A stretch of 64,000 bases of DNA from Ylistrum balloti (lineage: Eukaryota): the NCBI RefSeq assembly GCF_031769215.1, contig NW_026781965.1, positions 3,658,001 through 3,722,000 of the forward strand, read 5' to 3'. Below, piece after piece: positions 53,949 through 64,000 of this stretch. Position 1 is the first letter of the stretch. Each line of letters begins with the position of its first letter. The notes under the pieces were generated by a model. It did not search any database. It was not told where the DNA came from and was given only the letters and a program-made list of their open reading frames with translations. The position numbers and the translations under genes were made by a program.

Positions 53949-55439
53949 TTATGCTCTGGAGAAGAGAGGAACAAGAAACACACTTGAAAGCGCTATACTT
54001 CCGATAGTAAAGACAACAAAGAAAAACTTGTCTAAAGTTTGCGCCACGATTTTCCACGTAACACCATATCTAATTTCCGGTTGTTGATCTTCCTCTTCCT
54101 CGTCACTTTCGTCATCTACGACGACCGCCTGTGTTGGTTGTGACGGCGGTTTCTTAACCTCGTCTAAAGGGTCCAATGCCATCCCTAATCGACTCGGACC
54201 GGCGACCCCTTCCATCCCCAATCGACTCGGAGCGGCGCTGGGGCCCAGGCTCGAGGGCGGACGACTTTTCTCTTCCGGCCCCGCAGCCACTGGCTTTGGT
54301 TTCGGTGGCGGAGCTTTAGGTTCGGGTTTTTCCGGATTTCTGTATTTTTCTTTACATATACGGAAAGTCATTGTAGCCACAAGGGCAGCAACGTAAAATG
54401 GAACAGTAGAATCTTCGTCCTTGTCATGTATCCGGAGAGTAAAAATTGTAACAAGAGTCGACATGCTGCTCATGGCCAACATAGAGGAGAGGTAATAACT
54501 CAACATGGCTAATGGTGCAGAAGTCTTTGGTAAATTCTCTGCCAGAATCGTTAAAAATACGGCAAATGTTAAAAACACATTCACAGCAAAGCCTATTCTT
54601 TCTCCAGCATCGGCAGGTAACACGAAAACGAGACTGTTGAGCAGCCCGACTAGAACTAGAGGACTAATCATGTTCACAATGAAAAACACTGGCCTCCTTT
54701 TCAAATTCAGTACATACCTTCTAAACGGTTTGTTAGATGAGTTATATGTACTCACTGTTGACCCCTGCAAATCCCACTCCTCGTTTTCATCGTAGTACTC
54801 AATGTCCAGTTCGGTGGCCGAATTGTCAAACATGACTTCCTCTGCGTTGTAGTCCCACATGGTAAGAACAAGTTCACAAGCCTGACTATCGAATGGGTAG
54901 TAGGTAGCATCGACCGAACATCCGGTGGCAGTGGTCACTCCGGCTCGCCAATAGTTCTTGGCAGCGGCCAGAATGGTCTTAACGTGATAATTCTTGTCAT
55001 AGATTGGTTTCAGAGCATTCACAGAGTTAAAGATGGTGATGGTTGGGTACCATACGTCTGACTGCAAGGAGTCCATCTCATACGGTACATGGTGACCTGG
55101 GATGTACCTCTGGGTTAGGTACTCGTCCTTCCAGATCACAGTTAGCTTGGCCATTAAGTTCATCACACCTGATACCTCGTCCAGATCGGTAATTTTGTAC
55201 AACTGAAAAGTGACGTCAACGAATATTGTCTCGTTCTGCATCAAACGAGGGAAAACTCGCCTATCGTAGATTGTGGAGTCAAACAGATCCGCTAACATAG
55301 TGGCAAAGTCCGAGGCTGTTGGAACGGGAATGGTCTGACACAGTGAACAGTTGGACTCGATGAGGAACGACCCCCCAGACACACCGGAGATGGCCGTTCC
55401 CACCAGCAGCAGCAGCAGCCTTAAGTACATACTGCTCAT
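53949..55439 (-). CDS. nAChR-like subunit G6 (496 aa, intronless CDS, Pro-rich M3-M4 loop)
   Basis: Signal MSSMYLRLLLLLVGTAISGVSG, Cys loop CSVDATYYPFDSQAC, M2 GERIGFAVNVFLTFAVF. Confidence 0.95.
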   Translation of the reverse strand: MSSMYLRLLLLLVGTAISGVSGGSFLIESNCSLCQTIPVPTASDFATMLADLFDSTIYDRRVFPRLMQNETIFVDVTFQLYKITDLDEVSGVMNLMAKLTVIWKDEYLTQRYIPGHHVPYEMDSLQSDVWYPTITIFNSVNALKPIYDKNYHVKTILAAAKNYWRAGVTTATGCSVDATYYPFDSQACELVLTMWDYNAEEVMFDNSATELDIEYYDENEEWDLQGSTVSTYNSSNKPFRRYVLNLKRRPVFFIVNMISPLVLVGLLNSLVFVLPADAGERIGFAVNVFLTFAVFLTILAENLPKTSAPLAMLSYYLSSMLAMSSMSTLVTIFTLRIHDKDEDSTVPFYVAALVATMTFRICKEKYRNPEKPEPKAPPPKPKPVAAGPEEKSRPPSSLGPSAAPSRLGMEGVAGPSRLGMALDPLDEVKKPPSQPTQAVVVDDESDEEEEDQQPEIRYGVTWKIVAQTLDKFFFVVFTIGSIALSSVFLVPLFSRA

Positions 55440-55957
55440 GTCGTCGGAGTAAACGAGACGACGTTCCTCTGTCTATATAAATTGGTTTGTTCTCCGACGC
55501 AGATGACGGATTGCACGTACTCGCGGAGTCAATGGCACGTAACTAGATTTAAATTGATATGAATGCGTCCTTTGTTCATTTGAACTTAATATAGGGTCAA
55601 ACTCAACGTGTTTTGGATTTAAATCTTTGCGAACATACATTCATTTTGAAATAGTCTTTTGTGTGTATTTGATATAATGCTAACCATTTATTTTCCTGGC
55701 AGATGTCCTATCAACATTTATATATCCAAAATTGTGTTGTAGAGACATTATATACCTTGTTGGAATTATTTTTTTTTCTTTCTCTCTCTTTATCTTTTTA
55801 ACAACTCATTATGAAAAATATGAAATTTATTAATTAAATAACGACAGTTAATCAAATACCTAAACCATTACCAGGATGTTGCTTTCATTCATTGAAAGGT
55901 ATATAATATCAATATTCTTGTGTTAAACTAGTAAAACATATCTGGGTAGGCAATTAA

Positions 55958-56345
55958 CGAGTATATGGGAGGGTTAATACATGAGGGATAGAGAGTATAA
56001 CAAGTGTCTGAGAGAGGGTTAATACTTTAGGGGTAGACAGTATAACACGTGTCTGAGAGAGGGTTAATACATATGGGGTGGACAGTATAACAAGTGTCTG
56101 AGAGAGGGTTAATACATATGGGGTGGACAGTATAACACGTGTCTGAGAGAGGGTTAATACATATGGGGTGGACACTATAACACGTGTCTGAGAGAGGGTT
56201 AATACATGTGGGGTGGACAGTATAACACGTGTCTGAGAGAGGGTTAATACATATGGGGTGGACAGTATAACACGTGTCTGAGAGAGGGTTAATACATATG
56301 AGGTGGACAGTATAACAAGTGTCTGAGAGAGGGTTAATACATGTG
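55958..56345. repeat. 45-bp minisatellite, ~8-9 copies
   Basis: Unit gtataacacgtgtctgagagagggttaatacatatggggtggaca. Confidence 0.94.
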
Positions 56346-57327
56346 TGACATGTGTGTTTGATGGAAAATTTCTAAATATTCAAATACTTATTCGTAATTA
56401 AATTCAAACAAATATGTTAAATACATCCAGATATTGCCGTTTTAAAGAGGCTGATTCGTGGAAGAAACGATGTATTTGTCGTTCACAGAAAGTGATGAAA
56501 GTTTCTTAACCTGTAACTGGAACCCAGGTACACCGGAGAGGAAGCGTGTTCTTATCTTGATTGTTTAAGTTTGTAATTCTTCAACTTGTTTATGTGCATT
56601 TCAAAACATCAATGTATATATTTGTTAAATTTATTTGAATTATTTAAGACTTTTAGTATGATTTCATTTTTACATGAAAGATTGAAAAGACCATTCTCAA
56701 CACCGAGCGAAGCTTATATGCCACCAGTTGAGAGAAAATAGAAAATAAAACACTAATAAATTTAGTTTAATTAATTCTTGAAGAAAATTTGGTTTGCTTG
56801 TGTATATGATGTTGGTCGGCGTCACACCAGATACATTTAATCTTAATTAAAAAAATTTCATTTGTGTAAAATGATCTTTATCTTTAGTAAAAGGATAAAA
56901 GGAATTCAGGAAAGCGAAAATGTTGTAATAGTAGCTTTGATTAACATTAGTTACGGGTAAAGTGCAGAGCACCTATTCTCCATACTATTCATTTCCGGAA
57001 GATTTTTTTCTCGCATGGAAAGTTTTCTTAATTTAAAAAAAAAAATCGCCGATTTACACGTTTTCATATTAAAATCACCATCAGTTTACAAATTAATTTA
57101 AAATCCGTTTTATGTGTGTTCTGTAATAGATAAGCATGGAACTATTCGCTTCAATGCGCATGCGAGTTGTTTTTTTCATTTTTACTGCGGCTATCCTGTC
57201 ATACACACGCAGAAGATATCCTTGTATTACCCTTGATAGTTAACACATTCCACGGGTAGAAATGGGAGAAAATAATATACCGTTATAACACAGTTCTATA
57301 TCATCCTTGGGTGGGGGGAAATATCGA

Positions 57328-59261
57328 ACCAGGACTGGTCTATATTGCCCTGGGATGAGGGTTTATACTGTACCAGGACTGACCTATATTGTCCTGGGGT
57401 AAAGGTTTATACTGTACCAGGACTGGTCTATATTGTCCTGGAATGAGGGTTTATACTGTACCAGGACTGACCTATATTGTCCTGGGGTGAAGGTTTATAC
57501 TGTACCAGCACTGACCTATATATTCCCGGGATGAAGGTTTATACTGTACCAGGACCGGTCTATATTGGCCTAAGGTGAATGTTTACACTGTACCAAGACT
57601 GACCTATATTGTCCCGGGGTGAAGGTTTATACTGTACCAGGACAGGTCTATATTGTCCTGGGGTGAAGGTTTATACTGTACCAGGACTGGCCTATATTGT
57701 CCTGAGGTGAAGGTTTATACTGTACCAGGACTGGTCTATATTGTCCTGGTGTAAAGGTTTATACTGTACCAGGACTGACCTATATTGTCCTTGGATGAAG
57801 GTTTATACTGTACAAGGACTGACCTATATTGTCTTGGGGTGAAGATTTATACTGTACCAGCACTGACCTATATTGTCTTGGGGTGAAGGTTTATTCTGTA
57901 CCAGGACAGGTCTATATTGGCCTACGGTGAATGTTTATTATGTACCAGGACTGGTCTATATTGTCCCGGGGTGAAGGTTTATACTGTACCAGGACTGACC
58001 TATATTGTCCTGGGGTAAAGGTTTATACTGTACCAGGACTGGTCTATATTGTCCTGGGGTGAAGATTTATACTGTACCAGGACTGGTCTATATTGTCCTG
58101 AGGTGAAGGTTTATACTGTACCAGGACAGGTCTATATTGGCCTAAGGTGAATGTTTATTATGTACCAGGACTGGTCTATATTGTCCTGAGGTGAAGGTTT
58201 ATACTGTACAAGGACTGACCTATATTGTCCTGGGGTAAAGGTTTATACTGTACAAGGACTGACAAGGACTGACCTATATTGTCCCTACAAGGACTGACCT
58301 ATATTAGGTAAAGGTTTATACTGTACCAGGACTGGTCTATATTGTCCTGGGGTGAAGGTTTATACTGTACCAGCACTGACTAATATTGTCTTGGGGTGAA
58401 GGTTTATACTGTACCAGGACAGGTCTATATTGCCCTGGGATGAGGGTTTATACTGTACCAGCACTGACCTATATTGTCTTGGGGTGAAGGTTTATACTGT
58501 ACCAGGTTTATACTGTACCAGGACTGGTCTATATTGTCCTGAGGTGAACGTTTATACTGTACCAGGACTGGTCTATATTGTCCTTGGATGAAGGTTTATA
58601 CTGTACAAGGACTGACCTATATTGTCCTTGGATGAAGGTTTATACTGTACAAGGACTGACCTATATTGTCCTGGGGTGAAGATTTATACTGTACCAGCAC
58701 TGACCTATACTGTCTTGGGGTGAAGATTTATACTGTACCAGCACTGACCTATATTGTCTTGGGGTGAAGATTTATACTGTACCAGCACTGACCTATATTG
58801 TCTTGGGGTGAAGGTTTATACTGTACCAGGACTGGTCTATATTGCCCTGAGTTGAAGGCTTATACTGTACCAGGACTGGCCTATATTGTCCTGGAATGAA
58901 GGTTTATACTGTACCAGGACTGGCCTATATTGTCCTGGGGTGAAGGTTTATACTGTACCAGGACAGGTCTATATTGTCCTGGTGTAAAGGTTTATACTGT
59001 ACCAGGACTGGCCTATATTGTCCTGGTGTAAAGGTTTATACTGTACCAGGACTGACCTATATTGTCTTGGGGTGAAGGTTTATACTGTACCAGGACTGGT
59101 CTATATTGCCCTGAGTTGAAGGCTTATACTGTACCAGGACTGGCCTATATTGTCCTGGAATGAAGGTTTATACCACACCATCACTGGTCAATATTGCCCT
59201 GAGTTGAAGGCTTATACTGTACCAGGACTGACCTATATTGTCCTGGAATGAAGGTTTATAC
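57328..59261. repeat. 44-bp minisatellite with internal hairpin, ~44 copies
   Basis: Unit accaggactggtctatattgtcctggggtgaaggtttatactgt, stem CCAGGAC/GTCCTGG. Confidence 0.96.
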
Positions 59262-60096
59262 CACACCATCACTGGTCAATGTTTCAAGGATTTCAAAAAT
59301 CCAACTTTGTTTCCCTATTGTGTCCTGCTTTCAAGCCTTCAAAGGCTAAGTCAAATCGTGTATACAAAATTAAACTCCATTCACCTTAAGTATAGAAAAA
59401 AAACTTTCATCCAAACAAGGATTTTTATAGATTTTCTGACATTGAGTTCTCGCCAAAGGATGCTCTAGACCATTTGGTAAAAATCTCCTCAGTCGTACGG
59501 TGTTTACTAAGTTGAGTGATTGTTTTGTGTTCATATCAGTTGCCTTACATAATCTCCCTTTACCTTATTATCATGTAGAATCACATCATACTTCATCAGT
59601 GTTCCCTGTGTGTGTCGCTTCCATCACTACGTGAAGTTCTGTACAGGTTACAATATTTCTTAGAATCTTTATTTAAAATTACCAATTTAATAAAACAATT
59701 ACTCGTACAACAAAAATACGATAACAGTAATTTATTGATTTGATTATACAACGTAAATCTGTCTACTTCTGCTGTGGACATCAGAGTGTAAACATGAGGC
59801 GGTACAAGGGTTCTATATACATACCAATATGTTTGTCTAAGGTTAGGAAGCTACTCCTAAACGTAGGAGGTAATTAATCGTGTACGCCGACGAATATTAC
59901 TATTATTCAGTAAACTTAATAAACACAACAAAGTTAACACGTTGTATAACAGAATATTTTGATGTCCGCCTTAAAAACGATGACTTCCTTTAACATGGCT
60001 CTTTAATAACCAATCAGCATCATTGCCAGGAGTAAAGAAAGTCGTTACATATAAATTTCCACGGAAGACATAACTGTTCTCTCATGGTCCTTGATT

Positions 60097-61449
60097 TTAC
60101 ATTGTGGCTGCTAACGGTACGAGGAAGAAGAAAGTGATGAGAGCATTCCCAGCCACAAATACGAGGAAGAATAAAAAGTCCAGAGTGGCCGAAATAAGCT
60201 TCCAATCTACACCGTATTTACCTTTCACGATTTCTTTTTCTTCATTTTCCTCGTCATCTACAGCCTCGTCGTCGTCGTCCGGTAACGGCGCCTTTTCGTT
60301 GTCACCAAGGTCGGCCCCAGGGTCAACCATATCTAATGGTGCATTTTTAGAATCTAGAGGATCTGGCGTTTTTATAGCAAATATCTCCATTTCGTCGTCG
60401 TCGTCATCTTCGTCCTTACATATTTTGCAATTTAAGACGGCGACGATGGTGGCCAGTCTGTCCGGTATTTTCTCTTCCTCCTCTGTGTGAAAAACCCGGA
60501 GCGTTGTGATTGTGAAAAGTGCAGTTCCAGCGCTAATACAGGTCATAATCATGAGATACACACATAGGATGGACAACGGCTCCGACGTCCGCGGCAAGTT
60601 CTCAGAAGTCAAAGTCAAATACACTGCAAAGGACATGAAAGCTGTGATAGAATAAGAGATTCTTTCTCCTGTCGCTGGCGGAAGTAGAAAGACAATAGCG
60701 TTAAGGAGACTCAGAATAAGGATTGGAAACACCAAATTCGCGAGAAAGAAGAGAGAACGTCTGGCCAGAGTCAGGGTAAATGTGGCATAATTGATGCTGT
60801 TGACGTCTTCTGTCTCCAGGACAGTTTTCTCAATACTCCATTCTTCGTTATCTCGGTAATTATCCAAATTTACTTCGTTAGACGAGATAGCAAAACGCAC
60901 CTCTGTATTCCTGTATCCCCAATTTGTAAAAGTTACCTTACACTCTTGTTTGTCAAACGGAAAGTTAGAGGCGTCGACATTGCATCCTGTCTTCAGCACG
61001 ATTCCGGGCCACCACTCCATCGCACCAGTAACCTGGTTACAGCGAATCTTGTTGGTTACGTCTCCGACCACTTTAATCTTGGAGACGGAGTTAAATACGG
61101 TGACGGTAGGGACCCATATATTGGAGGAAGAGATGAGAATATCACTGATGTTTCCGTGTATTGCCCAGTTGTACTGGTCTCCTATCAGCTGGTCAGTCCA
61201 TGTTATCTTTAGGATACCGATTAACTCAAGCGTCCCTGCAACCTCGTCGAATTCTTTAATGGACGAAAGATAGAATATCATATCAACGTTTATAACATCA
61301 GCCTGGGTATCCCGCGGGAAAACCTTGCTATTGTAAGCGCCACTTGTGATGGTCGCGGAATAGAAATCCAAAAGCTGTGTGTAATTTGCTCCCAAAGTCC
61401 CGTGAACTATGAGAAACAACAAAGTGACTATCTTGTTCACGGCATCCAT
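60097..61449 (-). CDS. nAChR-like subunit G7 (450 aa, intronless CDS)
   Basis: Signal MDAVNKIVTLLFLIVHGTLG, Cys loop CNVDASNFPFDKQEC, M2 GERISYSITAFMSFAVY. Confidence 0.95.
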   Translation of the reverse strand: MDAVNKIVTLLFLIVHGTLGANYTQLLDFYSATITSGAYNSKVFPRDTQADVINVDMIFYLSSIKEFDEVAGTLELIGILKITWTDQLIGDQYNWAIHGNISDILISSSNIWVPTVTVFNSVSKIKVVGDVTNKIRCNQVTGAMEWWPGIVLKTGCNVDASNFPFDKQECKVTFTNWGYRNTEVRFAISSNEVNLDNYRDNEEWSIEKTVLETEDVNSINYATFTLTLARRSLFFLANLVFPILILSLLNAIVFLLPPATGERISYSITAFMSFAVYLTLTSENLPRTSEPLSILCVYLMIMTCISAGTALFTITTLRVFHTEEEEKIPDRLATIVAVLNCKICKDEDDDDDEMEIFAIKTPDPLDSKNAPLDMVDPGADLGDNEKAPLPDDDDEAVDDEENEEKEIVKGKYGVDWKLISATLDFLFFLVFVAGNALITFFFLVPLAATM

Positions 61450-62083
61450 ACTTTCATCTTATTCTCACGTCTGTAGAGGTATTATTTGGAACGTATTTTT
61501 GTGATATACAAACTGGCCGATACTTGACCACAGTGAGGCTCATCCAAAACGAGACTCTAGTGGTTTATTTGTAAGGCTTTGTAATAAACCCCCGGCATGT
61601 TTCGTCTGATGAACTTAAACAAAAGCCACGATCAGAGGACCACAGCAATGGGTTAAAACATTTGATATGTAAACTGCCCTGATGTTGTATATCGATAAGA
61701 TTGTGCTATTAAATTCAAGATCTCGATAAAAAGATACCTATGTACATGACTTGAGATTGTTAACGAAGATCGTACCCCGCCTTTATAACCGTACATGTCC
61801 ATTGTTTTATCATGGTAGTACATATATATTTTTCATTTGAAATATTGAATGAGGTCAATAGGCAATTAAGCAAACGGACTTACACGTGGCTTTTAGATAT
61901 TTATGGAATATATACAGCACGTCTCTATAATGTTATAATTACGGTTTTAGAATGACAAATATTTGAAAGGTAATTGGCTATTACCGACATGCTTACAAAG
62001 CCCTGTGTAACCCAGTATATTATGCTGACCTTGTGTGTGATGCTGCAACGGTGTGAAGTGGTGGCCCTAATTGTAATATATTG

Positions 62084-62422
62084 GTCCTGTGTGTAATGGC
62101 GATCCTCTTAGCAATGGTGACTCAATGTGTAGTGTTGTCCCTGTGTGTGATGGCGATCCTCTTAGCAATGGTGCCTCAATGTGTAGTGTTGTCCCTGTGT
62201 GTGATGGCGATCCTCTTAGCAATGGTGACTCAATGTGTAGTGTTGTCCCTGTGTGTGATGGCGACCCTCTTAGCAATGGTGACTCAATGTGTAGTGTTGT
62301 CCCTGTGTGTGATGGCGATCCTCTTAGCAATGGTGACTCAATGTGTAGTGTTGTCCCTGTGTGTGATGGCGACCCTCTTAGCAATGGTGACTCAATGTGT
62401 AGTGTTGTCCCTGTGTGTGATG
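62084..62422. repeat. 54-bp minisatellite, ~6 copies
   Basis: 18-aa periodic ORFs in three frames. Unit gatcctcttagcaatggtgactcaatgtgtagtgttgtccctgtgtgtgatggc. Confidence 0.95.
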
Positions 62423-62454
62423 AATGGCCCTTTCTGAAATATTGACCAAATGTA

Positions 62455-63140
62455 CAAGGTTGACCGTATGTGTAATGTTAAGCAGGTAATGCTGACCATG
62501 TATTTTTAATGTTAACTCTTTGTGTAACGATGGCCTTGTCTGTAATGAATTTATGAAATATTGTAATGATGGCCATGTGTGACGTTGATACTGAGTGTAA
62601 CATTGACCTGGTGTGTTATGTTGACCCTATGGTAAATGGTTATGCTGTGTGAAATGTCGATCTTGTGTGAAAAGTCGATTTTGTGATGGTGATCATTTGT
62701 GTAATGTTGACCCTGTGCGTAATGTTGACCCTGTTTGTAATGTTGACCATGTGTGTAATGTTGATACTGTGTGTAACATTGACCTTGTGTGTTATGTTGA
62801 CCCTATGTTTAATGGTTATGCTGTGTGCAATGTCGATCTTATGATGGTGACCATTTGTGTAATGTTGATCCTGTGTGTAATGGTGACCATTTGCGTAATG
62901 TTGATCCTGTGTGTGATATTGACCCTGTGTGTTACATTGACCTGGTGTGTTATGTTGACCCTATGTGCGATGTTGACCCTATGTGCGATGTTGACCCTAT
63001 GTGTAATGTTGACCCTGTGTGTAATGTTGACCATGTGTAAATAGTTATGCTGTGTGCAATGTCGATCTTGTGATGGTGTCCCTTTGTTAAGTGTTAAACC
63101 TGTGGTGATCACGTGTATAATGTTGACCCTGTGTATCATG
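62455..63140. repeat. Degenerate 18-bp minisatellite
   Basis: Unit approximately tgtgtgtaatgttgaccc. Confidence 0.85.
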
Positions 63141-63539
63141 TCACCCTTTCCCTTGTGTTGACCTGTTATGTTTTCTTTACATTAATCCTGTCTGACAGCT
63201 TGACCTCTACCTTGTTATACTAGCAATACTATTTTTACCTTTTCCTTGATTGTCATTCTGACCTTTATCTTTCGTTTCCTGATGAAGTCTACTTTGTGTG
63301 TTATATTGACACTTTCCAGGTGTTTGATGGTAGATAAGTGTAACATGTGTGTAAAATTCCCTCCGGATTTGTGTGAAAGTTGACATTGTTGATATCTATA
63401 ATGTCGTGTTAGGTTTAAAGACTGTGTATCAAGCTGACCTTTACCCTATTTGCGATTTTGTCCATTGACCTTGTGAATCATGTTGACCTTTCCCTTGTAA
63501 GTAAGGTTTCTAGTACCTCTAGTATTTGATATTTACCTT

Positions 63540-63668
63540 ATATATTAGGTGTAAAGTACTTATGTGTGTGCTGTGTTGATATTAACCTGGTATATTAGGT
63601 GTAAAGTACTTATGTGTGTGTTATGTTGAGATTAACCTGGTATATTAGGTTTTAAGTACTTATGTGTA
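63540..63668. repeat. 50-bp tandem repeat, ~2.5 copies
   Basis: tatattaggtgtaaagtacttatgtgtgtg recurs at 63541, 63591 and 63641. Confidence 0.88.
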
Positions 63669-64000
63669 TGGGTTTTGTTGACCTTGATTTTTTTTGTCAT
63701 CTTGACCTTGAATGTCATGTCAGATTATCAATTTGGCCTGTCTGAGGATGACCATTCACACATACATTTTTACACATGAATATGACCTTTTGACCATATC
63801 GTCATTTATAATTTCATACAAAACACAGTGATTATGAATATGTGTACCGTAAGATATCCCATCAGATATCCTAGCAGCTCGACCGACAACGATTACAATT
63901 GTGTGTATATACATAAACAACTAGATATCTATTGAAATATAACAATGTACGTTAATCTGCTGTATGTTTATTTACTAACATGAAGAAACAATGTTGTAAC

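Noticed and set aside
57328-59261. CRISPR-like appearance of hairpin repeats (also 47575-48411 and 18173-23040)
   Set aside because: No unique spacers and no cas genes. Units are contiguous and the context is eukaryotic.
23783-61449. Assigning CHRNA/CHRNB symbols or calling these alpha subunits or anion channels
   Set aside because: No vicinal Cys, no PAR motif, and no recognisable one-to-one orthology.
62067-63139. Cys/Val/Asp-rich ORFs resembling metallothionein or antifreeze repeats
   Set aside because: The 54-bp and 18-bp minisatellites are open in several frames on both strands.

Overview
Animal genomic DNA: AT-rich, spliceosomal introns, one 139-N gap. A mollusc, probably a bivalve, is inferred from gene content and not proven. 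The core is a tandem cluster of seven intact nicotinic-acetylcholine-receptor-like Cys-loop (pLGIC) subunit genes between 23.8 and 61.4 kb, one on + and six on -. Five have an intronless CDS and two share one phase-0 intron. All keep the C-x13-C loop and four TM helices, and six keep the cation-type GER M1-M2 motif. None has the vicinal-Cys loop C, loop A Tyr or loop D Trp of acetylcholine-binding subunits, and the pocket positions vary strongly between paralogs. They look like non-cholinergic, possibly chemosensory channels. One member (33341-35242) has a remodelled pore and a ~260-aa intracellular loop. The first 17 kb holds decayed LRR/Toll-like-receptor-like relics on the - strand. About 28 kb (~44%, summed by hand) is tandem repeat from about 20 families, and most long ORFs in the track are artefacts of these repeats. 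There are also two LINE fragments and a tRNA-derived element. No CRISPR, rRNA or intact tRNA is supported.
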